Of a DNA stretch of 64,000 bases, positions 62,278-64,000 are shown piece by piece. Position numbers and translations under genes: made by a program. Below the pieces are notes generated by a model. It saw nothing but the letters and a program-made list of their open reading frames with translations. It was not told the origin of the DNA and did no database searches. Where the stretch lies: the NCBI GenBank assembly GCA_964106645.2, contig OZ067039.1. One strand, 5' to 3'. The stretch's first letter is position 1. Each line of letters starts with the position of its first letter. Origin of the DNA: Podarcis pityusensis. Taxonomy: Eukaryota.

Positions 62278-64000
62278 TTTTTTAAAAAAATAATATTTAT
62301 TAAAAGTTTAAAGATTACAGAAAGAAGTAAAAAAAGAGAAAAAGTAAACAATACAAATCAATACATTACAATACATAAAAAACAAAAAACAAAAGACACA
62401 ATACATCAAAACAAAAACAAAAGCAAAAACAATTAAAAACACATCCAATATTTCCATATCTTTGTCTTTCATTAACTTGTTTCATCGACCTCCTCACACC
62501 TCCCTTTTTTGTATTCTAGTTATTAATTATTTCAGCAAATCCTTTCCATCTTTCACTGTTTTCTGTCATTTAATTGTCTTGATTTATTTTAACCTTATCT
62601 TACCATTAAAACCCTAAAACTTATTTGAACTTAACTCCTTATAACGTTTCTACTAAAGCCATGTAATTTCATTCCAACGTTTTTCTAACACTCATAAATT
62701 TTACAATATTTCTCTAAATAAATTTTAAACTTTTTTCCAATCTTCTTTCACCGTCTCTTCTCCCTGGTCCCGGATTCTGTCAGTCCTTTCTATCAATTCC
62801 ATATGGTCCATCAACCTGGTGATCTTCTGTCCGAGGCTCTTAACTCTTTTCCATGTCCCTTCTGCAGATCTTCTTCATATTTATACATGCACTTAACTTT
62901 ATCTTCTGCTGATCTTGTTCTTAATTTCCTTCCTTTGGCACTGAGGAGTAGATCTCGGGGAAACTCCAACCTAACAATGTCTTTATTCCTTCTCGACAGG
63001 TCAGCCCATTCTCCATAGTCAAAACTAAAGTCCATAAGATATTTCAGAGCGTGTTTCAAAATCCCTCCGAAGCTAAAGGCCCCCACAACTCCAATCTCCC
63101 CCTGACCCAAATCCAGATCCCAAAAGCCAGAGCATCCCTGCATAAGGGGATCTATCCAACTTTCCTTCTCCAATCCGAGCGGGACTCCATCCCTCCAAAT
63201 CTGGCTTTCTCTAAATTCAATCGTAGAAGGCAACAGCTTATATTCATCAAATTGCCTCTGAACAGCTGGGGCTCTCTCCACTTGTATTACTTGAGGTTCA
63301 ACAACAGCTTTCTCCCTCGTCTTCTCCACAACTTGCCATGTCAAAGTGGATTCCTGAATCGATTCCTGAGTAGTTTCTGTATAGGTATTCACTTTTTGTC
63401 CCAAATCAGTCATTTTTTGTCCCAAATTATCAATTTTAGTAGTCATCACATCCGTCTTCTCATGAAGCTGTTCCAATAAAGCACTTATCTTGCAAAATGC
63501 AATCACTAAGGCTTCTTCTGTCGACATTCTTGTCCAAGGTCAATCTCTGATTCTCACTGTCTTTAATCTCTGCAGCTGGAAAATTCCCCAGCTCCACTCC
63601 TGCAACAGTTTCAAAAGCTCCCTCTAGAGGAAACAATTTCGATTTGTATCCGTCCTTTTAAACGCAGATCCAGCAACAAAATTAGTTTCAATTTTCAGCT
63701 ACTTTTGCTCCTTTTTAAGTGCAAAAGGAAACAATGGAAACAATATATTTCTCTTATTTAACTGTCTGTCAACATACGTTTTATTCACAGTCAATGAACT
63801 TTCCCAAAACGTCGATCTTACTGGCAGCCCGTTCCCAGGTTCAAAACGGTGGTAATTTATCTTTCTTCACTCTCTCTCCTGCAGGCTTAGGCAATCTAAA
63901 ATTTCCCCCCTCTTCTCCTGCTTCCAAGGGGGGTTTAGTAATTTTAACCGATGGAAATTTAATCCTTTAGAAGAGGCTTTCCAAGACTTTAGCTTGCAGC
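62278..64000 (-). mobile_element. Non-autonomous L1-derived element (half-L1-like); 5' end runs off the window
   Basis: A-rich tail with AATAAA (62301-62296), T-rich 3'UTR, L1 ORF2 C-terminal remnant (RIRDQG..E...EDWKK...YLEKYCK) at about 62700-62810, and a single ORF1-like ORF. Confidence 0.8.
62811..63527 (-). CDS. Transposon-encoded 238-aa ORF with an N-terminal coiled coil (L1 ORF1-like), lacking RT and EN
   Basis: ATG start. Heptad pattern ISALLEQLHEKTDVMTTKIDNLGQKMTDLGQKVN. Lies wholly within the L1-derived element. Confidence 0.55.
   Translation of the reverse strand: MSTEEALVIAFCKISALLEQLHEKTDVMTTKIDNLGQKMTDLGQKVNTYTETTQESIQESTLTWQVVEKTREKAVVEPQVIQVERAPAVQRQFDEYKLLPSTIEFRESQIWRDGVPLGLEKESWIDPLMQGCSGFWDLDLGQGEIGVVGAFSFGGILKHALKYLMDFSFDYGEWADLSRRNKDIVRLEFPRDLLLSAKGRKLRTRSAEDKVKCMYKYEEDLQKGHGKELRASDRRSPG

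Noticed and set aside
53262-64000. First coding exon of UIMC1 (MPRRK...FIVISDSDGE)
   Set aside because: Not found by eye or in the ORF track. It probably lies beyond the window, although a missed short exon cannot be fully excluded.
1-64000. CRISPR arrays, rRNA, prokaryotic operons or defence systems
   Set aside because: The sequence is intron-rich vertebrate DNA with no regularly spaced repeat-spacer array or bacterial-type ORFs.

Overview
This is vertebrate genomic DNA, most likely from a lacertid lizard, inferred from the Sauria SINE, Squam-type SINEs and lacertid-type Penelope repeats. The whole window lies within or just downstream of UIMC1 (RAP80, BRCA1-A complex) on the minus strand. 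I assembled 12 coding exons with canonical GT-AG boundaries and consistent phases, from 53258 to the stop at 4457 (2274 nt, 757 aa plus stop). They include the tandem UIMs, the Abraxas-interacting region and both C-terminal zinc fingers. The first coding exon (MPRRK...SIM) was not found and probably lies beyond 64000. The introns are full of CR1, L2 and L1 fragments, SINEs, hAT and Tc1/mariner-type MITEs, LTR elements and Penelope pieces. The most interesting signals are: (1) a pair of Penelope-derived minimal hammerhead ribozyme motifs, in the sense orientation of the UIMC1 pre-mRNA, with predicted cleavage sites 723 nt apart; (2) a single 1134-bp coding exon carrying about 100 aa that the human protein lacks as I recall it, including a PxVxL motif, which may be an intronized segment in mammals; (3) a half-L1-like element with an intact 238-aa ORF; and (4) two different hAT MITEs inserted at the same 8-bp site in independent SINE copies. 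Exon, TSD and TIR coordinates were counted by hand. Boundaries of degraded transposable elements are approximate, and family names come from pattern recognition rather than database searches.
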